49,189 nt of DNA from positions 37,097,900 through 37,147,088 of the forward strand of contig NC_068999.1 of assembly GCF_001194135.2 (NCBI RefSeq), in the 5' to 3' direction. Shown one piece after another: positions 1 to 12,091 of the stretch (its first letter is position 1; every line of letters starts with the position of its first letter). Below the pieces are notes generated by a model that was not told where the DNA came from, made no database searches, and saw only the letters and a list, made by a program, of their open reading frames with translations. Made by a program: the position numbers and the translations under genes. Origin of the DNA: Octopus bimaculoides (taxonomy: Eukaryota).

Positions 1-290
1 TTTTTGTACGCATACATGTTCGTATGTGAGTGTGTGTGTTGCCCGTATATCAACAAAACACACACACCTTGCCTTACATATATATACGGATAAATGATTT
101 AAAATAAATATATTTTGGAAATGGCGATTTATGGTACAATACCTAGAAACGTGAAAATCAGACCACATGGGTTTGTTTACATCAATTCGGCAGTTTCCAT
201 AAAAAGTGTTGGGAAAGAACGCGAAAGAAATAGAGAGAGCACGCTCTCCCTCTCTATCTCTCTCCCTCTCTATCTCTCTCCCTCTCTATC

Positions 291-580
291 TCTCTCCCTC
301 CCTTACACACATGCCTGTTATCTCTCTTTTTCTTTCTTTCTTTCTTTCTCTCTCCCTGTCTCACACACACGGCAACATTACACACACACACATGCTACTC
401 TCTCACACTAACAAAAGAACTTCCCATACACACCACACTTTCTGTCTCGCATACTCACTATAAAAAGATAGCGTGTATTTCTTTTTGGCAACATGTGTTT
501 TGTGTGTAATGTTGCTGTGTGTGAGAAAGAAAGAAAGAGAGATAACTGGCATGTGTGTGTAAGGGAGGGAGAGAGAGAGA
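291..580. repeat. Inverted repeat within microsatellite-rich sequence
   Basis: CTCCCTCCCTTACACACATGCC.GTTATCTCTCT..GCAACATTACACACA (291-390) is reverse-complementary to 501-580. Confidence 0.8.
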
Positions 581-977
581 GAAGGTATTTTTTCTTTTTG
601 CTTGTTGTTTGCTGCTTACCACACAGACGCTGGCAAACAAAATGTACTCTCCTTCACTCTCCCTCTCACAAACATACAATTTCTCTCTCTTTTTCTCTCT
701 CTCTCTCTCCTTCACGCGCGTACGCACAGATTTGACTTTGCTATGTCAACAAACTTCAAAATTGGTAAAAGTTTATCAATTTTTACAGCTATACGCGGGT
801 GCCTCTGAGAGAAAAACTTGGCGAAAATGCAGATAAGGTCATGACACATCTCCTCCTAAAATTGGAGCGACATGCGTGCTAATTTGTGGACGTGCATAAA
901 CTACATTCACGTACACACACGCATCTCAAGTTTTATAGACATGATTTTATAGATATAATTAATTCTGCTTGTTTTAG

Positions 978-1142
978 GATGTTTTGGATGAATGGCTGGC
1001 ATGTCAAAGGTCATGGATGTACCTTGAGCCAATTTTCACTTCTGAAGATATTAGTAGACAGTTACCTGTGGAAAGCAAGCGCTATCAAACAATGGAGCGA
1101 CTATGGAGGAAAATCATGAAAAATGCCAAAGAAAATCCACAG
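978..1142 (+). CDS. DNAH1: Dynein heavy chain exon (DHC_N2): DVLDEWLACQRSWMYLEPIFTSEDISRQLPVESKRYQTMERLWRKIMKNAKENPQ
   Basis: ttttAG acceptor, GTaaac donor, 165 nt, phase 0/0; WMYLEPIF motif. Confidence 0.95.
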
Positions 1143-1505
1143 GTAAACAGCTTCCTAATTAACTTCAACTTGTAAAATAGCATTTATAGCATTTTCTTTC
1201 TACTAAAAATTATTATATAAATATATTTGTATAGCTACTTAAAGCCTTTTACAAAATATATCTATATCCCCAAATCCTAAACTTTTTACAATTTTCATGC
1301 TTATCTATGGTCATACCTATAGGTATGCAAACATTTAGACTTTGTTTAGATGTACCTCTGTGACTGATATTCATTTGAAATTGATATCACTTCTGTGAGT
1401 AATATAACTTCACATGATGTCTTCATGTATTTTCTCTAGTGTTTTTTTCTATGTCTTGTGTCTCTCTGTATCTTCCCAGTATCAATGTTTGATATCTCCC
1501 TGTAG

Positions 1506-1733
1506 GTTATCAACCTCTGTGCTGATGCACGCCTATTAGACAGCTTGAAGGAATGTAATAAATTGTTAGATCAAGTGCAGAAAGGACTCACTGACTACCT
1601 GGAGACAAAACGTTCTTCTTTTCCGCGATTTTACTTCCTGTCAGATGATGAACTCCTGGAAATTCTGTCACAGACCAAAGATCCAACTGCTGTACAGCCA
1701 CATTTAAAGAAATGTTTTGAGAATATTGCAAGG
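1506..1733 (+). CDS. DNAH1: Dynein heavy chain exon: [21 protein letters not shown]...[42 protein letters not shown]
   Basis: tgtAG/GTaaac, 228 nt, phase 0/0; [16 protein letters not shown] motif. Confidence 0.96.
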
Positions 1734-1842
1734 GTAAACAAGTCAACCTCTTACTTTCACCATTCTCTTCTTTAACATTAAATTACTATGTCTTGAGTCT
1801 AAATTCCCCACTTTATTGCATCTAAATGTCTTTTCCACTCTA

Positions 1843-1990
1843 TGGTTGAATGATTGGTGCTAGCAGTTAATCTAGCTACAATATTGAAATATGTCTGTGG
1901 TTAAATGATTGGTCTTAGCCATATAATCTAGGTGAAATATGCTTTTCGTTCCTTGGGCGAATGGTAGATGTTAGTAGGTAATCTAAGCAT
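1843..1990. repeat. Degenerate tandem repeat of about 55 bp, 3 copies
   Basis: TGGTT(G/A)AATGATTGGT..TAGC...TAATCTAG at 1843 and 1898, weaker at 1954. Confidence 0.65.
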
Positions 1991-3009
1991 AAATGGTCTG
2001 CAGTCATTTGCATAAAGTAGAGATAATTTCATGTTAAGGTATTGTATTTAGAGTTTCGGTGAAATCGGCTCATTGTGTCTTGCATCCAGCCTGCAGGATC
2101 CTGCCTTCTATGGTAGAGAAATAAAACTGTCAGTTAGTAGAATTAGAACCAGTATAATTAGTTAAATGAAATGAAGTTTCAAAGAACATTAGGCTATTGA
2201 TCAAATGAGATTTCATGTTATTTAGTGATGTGAAGAGGAGGGACGATGTCCAGTATTTCTACAAGCTTTTTGCCGGATTGGAAAGATTAATGTGATTGAT
2301 GTTCACTTTGAACTCCAGGGTAGTGATAATGCTGGTAGGGAAAAAAACATATGCAAGAAATATATCTGATAAAAGGATCAGTTGGGTTTTGAGAAGTGAA
2401 ACACAAAAGTGGGGATAGGAAGTTATAGCCAAGAGATATAAATTGGACCTGGGTAAAAGTAGACCATAGATTGATACCTCAAAGAAGTAGAAGCTGTTAT
2501 AAAATAGAGGTAGAAAATTCAAAGAGAAAAGCAACGTGTGTGTGTGTGTAAGTAGTTTATTAAAGAGTGTGTCCAACCAAGTGGATGGCCATTTTTAAGG
2601 ATACTTTTAAGGATATTTAATGATGGAGAAAATGAGGAATTTGTGGAAGAAAAGACAAAGCAAAAAGTGATTCAATTGTCTACTTAAATCCATTCCCCCA
2701 CCTTTTTTTATGGTTGTTATGTATTTGAACTTAACTTGTAGTCATGTGAACTAGACCACAATAAATAAATTTATAAAATGTTCTGTTACAAAATATTTTA
2801 TAAATGAAATATATCACACAAGAAAAGCAAGAAATACAGCTAAATTTTAAGCTACTGATATAATTGTATGATATTATGAACATATTAGTATTTTGGAAAT
2901 TTAGGAAAGTCAAGTTCACAAACTGGATGCTTGTGAGCCTCAAGACAAAATGTATGATTGAGGTACAAAAAATATTTGTATAATCTTGTAAAAGTAAGCG
3001 TGGTAAAAA

Positions 3010-3325
3010 GAAGGCTTGTGTCTCAGTAGTAAAGCTGTTCAGCTCATGATTGTAAAGTCATGAGTCACATTCCTGATGGTGTGTTGCGTTCTTTAGCAAG
3101 ATCCACTTTATTTCACATTCTTCCAGTTCATTCAGCTGGCAAAAATGTACCTGTAATTCAAAAGGGCCAGCCTTGTCAGATTTTGTGTCATGCTGAATTT
3201 CCCTCAGAACTATGTTAAGGGTATGTGTGTCTGTGGAGTGCTCAGCCACTTACATGTTAATCTCATGAGCAGGCTATTCCAGTGATTGGATCAGCTGGAA
3301 TCCTTGCCAGCATAACCGATGGAAT
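3010..3325 (+). mobile_element. Third SINE-like repeat
   Basis: Degenerate tRNA-like head followed by TTAGCAAGATCCACTTTATTTCACATT..CCAGTTCATTCAGCTGGCAAAAATG, recalled as a common cephalopod SINE body; not verified. Confidence 0.55.
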
Positions 3326-3546
3326 GTCAGGCTCCCAAAATCATTAGCATGCCAGACAAAAATGATTAGCAATATTTCTTCTTCTAACTTTACATTTTGA
3401 TTCAAATGCTGTTGACTTTGCCTTTCATCCAATCAGACTTGATAAAATAAGTACGAGTGAATCATGCAGGAAATGTAATTTGCTTAGCCCCTCCCTGAAA
3501 ATTGCTGGCCCAGTATCAACATTTGTAACCATTATCTTGTGAATGT

Positions 3547-3646
3547 NNNNNNNNNNNNNNNNNNNNNNNNNNNNNNNNNNNNNNNNNNNNNNNNNNNNNN
3601 NNNNNNNNNNNNNNNNNNNNNNNNNNNNNNNNNNNNNNNNNNNNNN
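3547..3646. other. Assembly gap (100 N)
   Basis: N run. Other gaps: 7606-7615, 15417-16034, 26787-26973, 27656-27727, 29635-29757, 37104-37310; most abut microsatellites. Confidence 0.99.
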
Positions 3647-3932
3647 TGTGTGTGTGTGTGTGTGTGTGTGCATGCACATGCACATTTGGATCATCATATT
3701 TTCTTCTAAGTACTGATGTTTCAAGCTATTAATTCAATGTATCAGTCTCTTGTAGAAGAAAGAAAGCATATGACAAAATATGTAACTAGATCCGAATATA
3801 TTGTAAATGAAATACTAAACATGATACTATTTGTAGAGTTCTTCTAGTAATAACTGTATTGTAAATATGGACATTCAATTATTTTCCTGCTATAACATCA
3901 TAAAATATTTCAGGTGTTATATTTTTCTACAG

Positions 3933-4234
3933 ACTGAGAGATCTACATGGGTTCTAGAATGGCCTGGTCAAGTTGTCATTGCTGGATGCCAGACTTTCTG
4001 GACTGAAGCTGTTACACATAGTCTGCAGAATGATACTATTCAAAAGTACCATCAACTTGTACTATCACAGTTGGATGACCTTCGACAACTAGTGCGTGGC
4101 GAGGTACCAAAAATTGGCCGATTGACTCTGTCTGCTCTGATTGTTATTGAAGTTCATTCACGTGATGTTGTGGCCAAAATTATTGAGGAGAAAGTCAGAA
4201 ATGCTAATGATTTTGAATGGATCAGTCAACTCAG
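3933..4234 (+). CDS. DNAH1: Dynein heavy chain exon: TERSTWVLEWPGQVVIAGCQTFWT...LIVIEVHSRDVVAKIIEEKVRNANDFEWISQL(R)
   Basis: ctacAG/GTtttt, 302 nt, phase 0/2; WPGQ, LIVIEVH and FEWISQLR motifs. Confidence 0.95.
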
Positions 4235-4352
4235 GTTTTTCCACTTTTTATATTTCTTCATAACCACTTTGGCTCAGTTTTCACTGAATTTATCACATTT
4301 TTTCTAACATTTAAAAATGCTCTTCTGTCTTTGTGTGTGTGGTGGTGGTGGG

Positions 4353-4354
<2 letters not shown>

Positions 4355-4402
<48 letters not shown>
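4355..4402. repeat. (GT)n microsatellite
   Basis: Direct reading. Confidence 0.98.
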
Positions 4403-4406
<4 letters not shown>

Positions 4407-4599
4407 GAAGAGAAACAGGAAAAGTGGCATGACTACAATTTAATACATATACTCCCCAACCAAACAGTCACATAGCTCCTTTATGACTAAAGCTGAAGAA
4501 TTTGGATGTACAGTCATCAAAAATATTTACAATTGAAGAAGGTGATAATTATCAAATTTGATGGACAAGCAAGTGAAAAGCATGTCTACTTACCTACAT

Positions 4600-5960
4600 A
4601 GTGACCGGCTTTCTTATGTATCCACTAACATGCCCTTATATTAGAGGAGTTCATTGAAAGCAATGCTGTCGCCTAAGACATCAGCAAAGCTATCAACCAT
4701 GTTTCACATGCTAATTTCCTATCAAAACTTCTTGCTTATGAGCTCTCTCCATCTCTCATTTTTGAGATCAATAGCTACTTATCAGATAGCACTATGGCAT
4801 TGTGTACACATGTTGAAGCACTTTCTATCTCAGAGGTGGTCAGTTCTGATGTACTCCAGGGATCAGTTTTGTCTTCTTTCTATACATCAATGATTTTTTT
4901 TTTACATCACATCCAGCAATGTCCACTCATATGTTGATGATACAACTCTTTCAATTTTTTTTTTATTTAACCCTCCTCAACAATATATCATCCATATTAC
5001 ATATAAAACCTACATCAATTCTATGAATCTCAGAAACATTCTCCAATGGGGTTGTGCCAATCTTATCTCTTTCAACAGCAAAAACAATTCAAGCTATAAT
5101 TGTTCGACTTTATATTCAGCAGACAAGACACTTAGATATCATACATCTCACTTCCAAACTACGGCTTGTCTTTTTAGTTCCTTGCCAAAAATACTGTTGA
5201 TTTTTCAAAATCCTCCTTTCCTCTACTTCTCAACAATGAAAGTTCTTTAAGCAATGCACCCACAGGAAAAAGAACCCCCTCCACATCATGACCCTAAACA
5301 ACACCAATTCCTGTTATTTACTCTGTCCAGTCCTTCCACACAAAAGCATAATCCATATGGAGCCAAAACATCTGTTGAATCTTTGATTTTCTGATCAGAA
5401 ACCTCAAAAACGTCCTCCAACTGGGTCATAATCTTCAACAGCTAAAAAAACCCATTATCACTGCATATAACAAGAACACCACATTACTATACTCCACCTT
5501 AAGCATAAAATTCCTTCATATGCTAAGCTTTGTGCACAATTAACAGTGTTGGTGTAGCTAATGCTGCTGCATCACAAAGACCCATTTTTGGCTGGTTCTG
5601 AGCTAAAAAATACTTCAAATATTTCCAAAGCTCAGGTACAATTCACAATGGAGCAGTGCTCCCATATCTTGAATGGAACCGATATTGCATACTAAGACAT
5701 CTTAAACTGCATCCAAAGCAAGGCTACCTAACTGATTGGCCCCAAATCACCAACCAACACTCCAGCTTTTGGCTTACTGACCCGCTCTTTCCTTCCTTTT
5801 GCTGTCTTTACTTATGCTACAATAGCCTCTGCTCCTAGGACATGGCTAATCCACTATGCTCACCACTGTGCCCAGTCCTTCTTCTATAAAATGTCAGTCC
5901 TCTGGAATTCCCATATTTTCTACACATATTTTCCTGTTAATTTACAATTATTTAAAAAAG
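4600..5960 (+). mobile_element. Degenerate CR1/L2-group LINE RT fragment
   Basis: Remnant motifs in order: AVA*DISKAINHVSH..LSKL, DVLQGSVLS, HSYVDDTTL, LQWGCANLISFN, AQVQFTMEQCSHI. Confidence 0.8.
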
Positions 5961-6862
5961 ATGTTAAAAGCCTGATTTTAGGTTCCTCACAGTGTCTCCA
6001 CAAACTGATAAAACAAAATATATACATGTGAGTCTCACAGCAAGTAGTTATCTGATGTACAGAAAGACTATTGTAGGAGACATAACTGAGCATTGTGATA
6101 CATTTAAGATGACATTTTATGGGTCATAGAAAGCATTGTTAACACTTGTTATGATGGAATGGCTTTACAATAATATTTCAATCCTAAACACAAATTACTT
6201 TTTCTTTACTTGAAATCACCTCAAGTAAAGCCCATGAGCCACGTGTAGGCAAAAGGTTAAGATGCCACTCTTCCTAACCCTTTCCCACAAAAATACCATG
6301 TAAACTTTATATGTGCATGCATATTTATATCAAGTAAAAGATGACAGTAAAATAATTGATAAAGTAGTTAAGTGAAATACAATAATAACAAAAGAACTGT
6401 GGCTATGCAATAAATGAGATTACAATAAACGAGCTAATAAAATGAGATAGTAATAAAAGAACTTGCAAAAATATTAATATGTGAAAAGCTGTTGAGATTA
6501 AGAAAGATACTTGTTAATCTTGAACTTAGAAAGATTAAGATGAAATTCTGAAGGAAACCATGGAGAAAAAGTTTTTTAGCAGTTATTCTGGAGAAAAATC
6601 TATACGAATGGAACTTAGAGGGTTAGGGTCATATAGGCAGGCAGTATTGCTTAAGAGTTTTTAGTTTAAAATATGGAGAAATACTTTGTTTCTGTGAAGA
6701 GTAACAATATTGTGTGATATGAGAGATTTGTTTGCCTGAAAACTGTCAAGCAGTCACTGAGATAAATACAAACAAGAAAAGTTTGTAGAAATAGAATTGT
6801 ATGGTTTATTTCTATATTGCTGCACCTCTCCAGCATATTGATAATGTTGCTTTTTCTTACAG

Positions 6863-6976
6863 ATATTACTGGAAGGAGGAAGACCTGAAAATCTGTGCTG
6901 TAAATGCTGAATTTAAATATGGCTATGAGTACCTTGGAAATACATCTCGGTTGGTAATTACTCCATTAACAGACAG
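6863..6976 (+). CDS. DNAH1: Dynein heavy chain exon (AAA1 start): (R)[37 protein letters not shown](R)
   Basis: ttacAG/GTaaga, 114 nt, phase 2/2; YGYEYLG and [10 protein letters not shown] motifs. Confidence 0.96.
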
Positions 6977-7329
6977 GTAAGAGAGTTGATCATACTTATT
7001 TGTAAACCAACTTTTGTCTCTGACTACTCTACTAATTCAGAATTAGAGAATTGTGTAAGTTTTATAGTACCCAAATATCCCACAGTATTCCAATGCATGA
7101 TGGTAGGTATAGCCGAACTGATGTAATTCAAACAATGCACAGCAACCATCATTTCCCACCATGCAGCACCAAAAACATTAGGCACCACTATTTCTGTCTT
7201 GTCTATTACTTTGATTACTTAAATTTCCACTCAGTATCTATTCAATGTCAACTCAATTTCTAATCAGTGTCCACTCCTGAGTCACTCTGTCCAGACTCTT
7301 CATCACCATTGTTTACTGTCCAACTTCCA

Positions 7330-7600
7330 TCCATTTATGGGTAGGACATTTAACAGGAGCCGGCCAGGTAGAAAATTACCCCAGGACACTGTGTCTGTTT
7401 TGGCAGAGTTTTTATGGCTGGCTGCCCTTCCTACCACCAACCACTCTGCAGAGTGGACTCAGTGCTTTTTACCTGGCACTAGCAAAGGTGAGGTCAGTTT
7501 TAGCATGATTATTACAGCTGGATGCCCTTCCAAGTGCCAACCACTTTACAGTGTGGACTGGATGCTTTTAATGTGGCACAGCAATGGTAGGATCACCAAG
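7330..7600 (-). mobile_element. RTE-related 3' UTR repeat with duplicated core
   Basis: GCTGCCCTTCCTACCACCAACCACTC and GCTGGATGCCCTTCC cores. Confidence 0.7.
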
Positions 7601-8199
7601 TAACTNNNNNNNNNNGTGGGGGGGAGATCTTGTGTCAGATGAGGAAATGAGTGTGACAGAGAAATAAAGGGGCAGAAACAGGTGTGCTGTTGTAGAGGAG
7701 ATGATGGCTACCTAGCCAGAAGGAAGAGCAAGGGAAAGAAAGAGAGAGAGAGTGGAAAACAGCAAAAGTGCAACAGAGAGCAGGAAAGAGATAGTGGTGA
7801 AGTGCCAGGGTATACTCACAATTAACAAGGATCAAAGCATAGATATGATGGTAGATAAAAGAAGAGAAGAGAGAGAGAGAGATAAATGGTGGCAAATGCC
7901 AAGGCATGCCCCGAAGGTATGGAGGTCATAATGCATGCAGTCAGGTATTGGCCAGAAGGCACAAATAGTGAGTGGGGATATACCTGGGTATAAAGATGGG
8001 GTGGAGGAATGCTACGATACAGTAAGTAGGGCAGTGAGAGTAAGGAAGTGGAGTGGAAGACAATCATAGTGTATGAAGAGGAGATACAGTTTAGAAAAGA
8101 TGTAGTTTGGTTTCTTCGGCAGGGTGTATGAAAAGTTTATTGTTACATGTGGGTGGGGACACAATGCTTTTTATCAGTTTTGCTGATTTAGGCTGGTTT

Positions 8200-8610
8200 T
8201 CTCTATCACCAGACATCTCAATCCATTCCCATTTTCCTGTGTGAGTTCTAACACCTTGAGATTGGTCCTCACCACTTCATTGTCATGTCTTCCCTGGGTC
8301 TCCCTCTTCCATAGGTACCATTCACTTTCAGTTACAGGCACTTCTGTTCTGTATACAACTGTCTTTACTCATGCACATCACATGTCCAAACCAACACATT
8401 CTCCTCTTTTGCATGCTGAATTTAATTCCTCTTATGTCTAATTTCCCTCTCAACTCAGTTGCACTTTGCTGGTCATGCATTCTGATGTTGCAAATCCAAT
8501 GGAACATATTACCTTCATTCCTCTCAAGCCTATGCATGTCCACCACATTCAGAGCCCATGTCTCATTACTATGGAGTATAGCCATTCGTACACAAGCATC
8601 ATACAGTCTA
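8200..8610 (-). mobile_element. RTE-clade LINE RT C-terminal fragment
   Basis: RLYDACVRMAILHSNETWAL..RLERNEGNMFHWICN..LRGKLDIRGI..RRMCWFGHVMCM. Confidence 0.85.
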
Positions 8611-8629
8611 CACACACACACATATATAC

Positions 8630-8790
8630 ACAAATAAATGACAGGCTTCTTTTAGTTTCCAGCTTCCAAATTCACTCTCAAGGTTTTTGTTGGCTTGGGG
8701 TTATAGTAGCAAATACTTACCAAGGTGCCATGCAATGGAACTGAACCAAGAACCATGTGGTTGAGAAGCAACTACTTACCACATTGTTTT
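8630..8790 (-). mobile_element. Family-2 SINE 5' half, diverged
   Basis: AAATTCACTCTCAAGGTT..ACTTACCAAGGTGCCATGCAATGGAACTGAACC..ACCATGTGGTTG. Confidence 0.7.
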
Positions 8791-8904
8791 CATTTGCTTG
8801 CCTTTTCATTAAAACGAGGTCAACTATTTCTTTGCCTTATTTAAAAGAATGTGGAGTAAGTAACATCCCACGCATAACCTTACCTGTTATTTTAAAAATT
8901 TCAG

Positions 8905-8995
8905 ATGTTATCTAACTTTGACTGGAGCTCTCCATTTGAAATTTGGTGGCGCTCCAGCTGGACCAGCTGGTACCGGGAAAACAGAAACTACAAAA
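8905..8995 (+). CDS. DNAH1: Dynein heavy chain exon, AAA1 Walker A: (R)[30 protein letters not shown]
   Basis: ttcAG/GTaaat, 91 nt, phase 2/0; GPAGTGKT P-loop. Confidence 0.97.
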
Positions 8996-9112
8996 GTAAA
9001 TTTTTTATTCTACTTGAAATATTTCTGTTTTATGCATACACTTTTGATGAAAAATTGCCTTGATTTTAAGAAGTCATGTACATTGATCTCTTAATGTATG
9101 ATTACCAATAAC

Positions 9113-9540
9113 ACAGTGGCGAGCTAGCAGAAATGTTAGTATGCCAGGAGAAATGCTTAGCGGTATTTTGTTTATAGAAAAAAAAAAAGAAAAAAAAAGG
9201 TGCCAGTGATAGGTCGGAGTGTGGCCTGATCATCGCTTCATTTGTGTTGTCTAACGTACTGTTAATATCATTCGATTTTTTATATTTTATATAATTTTTA
9301 AAGTCATATTTTATGTAAACCATTCGCATTACTGATCCCAATCAGTTGTTTTGTACCATTCTATGTTTAGCCCCCTGTGGGCAATAAAGAAATTGGTATT
9401 TTGTTTGTCTTTACGTTCTGAGTTCAAATTCTGCTGAGGTTGGCTTTGCCTTTCATCCTTTTGGGGTTGATGAATTAAGTACCAGTTGCATACTGGAATT
9501 GATGTAATCAACTGGACCCCTTCCCCAAAATTTCGAGTTT
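9113..9540 (+). mobile_element. Older family-1-related SINE interrupted by a 221-bp insert
   Basis: SINE 5' part 9113-9173, insert 9174-9394, SINE continuation from 9395; GGTATTTTGTTT duplicated. Confidence 0.75.
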
Positions 9541-9610
9541 TGTGCCTAGCGTGGAAAAGAATGTATGATTGCTGATTTGAAGGTTATTGTCTGTACGTGT
9601 TTCTTTTTAA

Positions 9611-9830
9611 CCCTTTAGTGTTTAAACCGGCTGTATCCAGCCCAAATATTCAACACATTTTATGCTCAAACTGGCCAGAACCAGCCTCTCACATCTACCC
9701 TGCAATGTCATTCTAAAAATAAGCAATTACATCTTTCCTAGCTTGAAGCTACAAAATAATATCAGATAAATTTTTTGAAATGTGAATAAATAAGGATTAC
9801 TCTTGACAAATTAATCTGAACACTAAAGGG
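9611..9830. mobile_element. piggyBac-type MITE
   Basis: TTAA at 9607-9610 and 9831-9834; perfect 12-bp TIR CCCTTTAGTGTT / AACACTAAAGGG; no ORF. Confidence 0.85.
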
Positions 9831-10509
9831 TTAAACCTTGAGTGAAAGGTATCTGGCATATGGAGATCCTTTCTTTGTATAGCTTGACTTCAAGATCTGA
9901 ATTTTCTTTAAATCTGCGCATGAAGATAATATTGCTTTTCTTTTGTTAAACAATGATGATTAGTTCATGAGGTATAAGAACTGAGTTTGTCAAAGAAATA
10001 GGATGCGTGTCAGAAGTTTGAAAGTAAAGCTGAAGAGTATAAGAATGAATGGAGAGGTGATTAGACATAAAGAAGGAGCAGGTTAATGGTGCAAGTGAAG
10101 ATGTGAAAGAATTATATCTGGAGGAGTTAAAAGAAGACTCTTTATGTAAATACTAAGGCACAATCATGGACACACACACATACAGGTGTACATATACTTA
10201 CACATGCAAGTCTAACAGCAAACCTTTTACTTCTTCAAAGTAGAGCTTTGTCCAAAACATCAAAACTGGCCTCTTAGAGAATATACACTTATATTTTAGG
10301 AAAATTATCAACTGTTTTCCCCCAGCACTTATATTCCTTGGACTTTAGTTGGGTTTTAGCAGTTAATAATGACTTGGAGGTAGCTTGAGTAAAAAAAAAG
10401 GCTATGCTTTTGGTTAATGGAAATTCATGGAAATAAGAGTTCTCGTGTTTGCACAAAAATTCTTTGCTGAATTTTTCTCTCTTTTTTTTTTTTTTTTTTT
10501 CAGTATTTG

Positions 10510-10640
10510 GCAAATACTATATTTTACTGACCTTAGAGGGATAAAAATTAGAGTTGATTTTGGCAGGATTTGAATTCAGAATGTTAAATACCATAATTAA
10601 ATACTGTAATGATATTTGTCCAATGCTGTAATAATTCTTT
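10510..10640 (-). mobile_element. Degenerate family-1 SINE fragment
   Basis: TTGGCAGGATTTGAATTCAGAATG resembles CTCGGCGGAATTTGAACTCAGAACG. Confidence 0.5.
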
Positions 10641-11357
10641 CAATCCCAAACTCTCAGGTGAAATGAACCTGAGAGTTCAGATGTATGGAATCCACTATGG
10701 TGTGACTAAAGCATCCTAAAATATCTTACAGTCTGTTGTTACAGAAATAGAAATTTATGGAATAGAGTTCTGAGATTTTTTCCTTATTTGAAAAATTAAA
10801 ATCATTTTTCAAAACAATTATTGCATAATTGACTGGTCTTTTTTGCAATTAACTGAATAATCTTCATTAGTGGTAAACGTACTTATTACAGATGTCTGCA
10901 GTTATTAAAATCAATATAGCTAAAACATGATAAAGTATTTCAGGGCAATGTTCTGCCCACCAAATATGGTAGGATTTTATGTGTGTAATTTAGTGAGATC
11001 ACTAGGTTTGTTTTTTACATATTTTTTAGTTCTTAGTCACCATTCAGTTATAAAGTGAACAGTTACAAGAAAACACTCTCATTCTTCTAAAATTACCATG
11101 AAATGTTCTATTCTCATCTGTATTGTCCATATTTTTCAAGAATTCTAATTAACTGACAGTATTGGAGTTATCTCGTTTGTTGTTTTAAGATTTTGAAAAC
11201 CTCTCTAAAGAATGTTCTGTTGACTTATCGGATAGATAATCTCAGGTAATGGAAGTTTTTCAATTAAGTATATATTACATACTATATTGAATAACATCTG
11301 TGATAATGTTAATGATTAAATTTGAAACCTCATTTCTATTATGTGCTTTATTTGTAG

Positions 11358-11455
11358 GACCTTGCTAAAGCAATGGCTATCCAATGTGTTGTATTCAACT
11401 GTTCTGACCAGCTAGATTATATGGCAATGGGTAAATTTCTAAAAGGACTTGCCAG
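11358..11455 (+). CDS. DNAH1: Dynein heavy chain exon: [32 protein letters not shown](S)
   Basis: tgtAG/GTttgt, 98 nt, phase 0/2; VVFNCSD motif. Confidence 0.96.
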
Positions 11456-12091
11456 GTTTGTTATGGAAATATTTCTAACATATTATTGTTTGTTTTCTGT
11501 AACCATTCAGTTAGAAAGTTTTTATCACATGTTAAAAAATTTAATCATGTAAAATTCACATGTAAATATATTTACATAATTTTTGAATGAATAATTAATA
11601 TTTAGAAATAACTGAGAGACAGTAATATAATATGAATTTGGAATATAACTTTTGAATAGAAGCCAAATAACTGGTTTCTACATATAGTGTGCTGTATAAT
11701 TGGCATCACATGTATAATGTATTGTGTTCTTAGATTTGACCACATTACTCCACAGTCAGACTTGCACTCTTTAGAATAATAATACTTTCTGTTAACACCT
11801 ATGATGTAAATGCCTAGAGTTTAAAGCCAAAAAAACAAGTTTATGGCATGGAAAGGGGATAGAAAGCCATTGTAAAATATTGCCATGATTTAACTTGGAA
11901 GAATTGTATGTACATGATTTCTTTCAAAGGTAATAATTTGATGTCAATTTATATTGATTTTAATCAAGTATTAAAAAATGCTATCTAATTAAAACCTTTG
12001 GTGAATCATAAGTGTTTCTTGGTGTGAAAATGTGAAAATTGAAATTGTAAATGTTGGTCTCAATTGTACAATAATAGTAAACTCATTACAG

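Noticed and set aside
115-836. Several overlapping 68-98 aa ORFs
   Set aside because: Translations of CT/GA/AC microsatellites with no domain signal.
2581-2700. Candidate for the missing dynein exon (DGENEEFVEEK)
   Set aside because: No suitable in-frame acceptor or donor, an early stop, and no NVEDWL-like motif.
3867-4307. 146-aa ORF as a standalone gene
   Set aside because: Only 3933-4234 is dynein-like and bounded by AG/GT; the flanks are intron read-through.
7616-8200. Purine-rich tracts (also 20040-20600, 28270-28560, 42900-43300) as coding sequence
   Set aside because: No motif recognised in any frame; probably very old repeats, but I cannot support a family call.
8601-8610. Apparent shared truncation point of the two minus-strand RTE copies
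   Set aside because: The 48-kb copy continues upstream (WRKF*ELLPLL) after a small deletion, so the endpoints differ.
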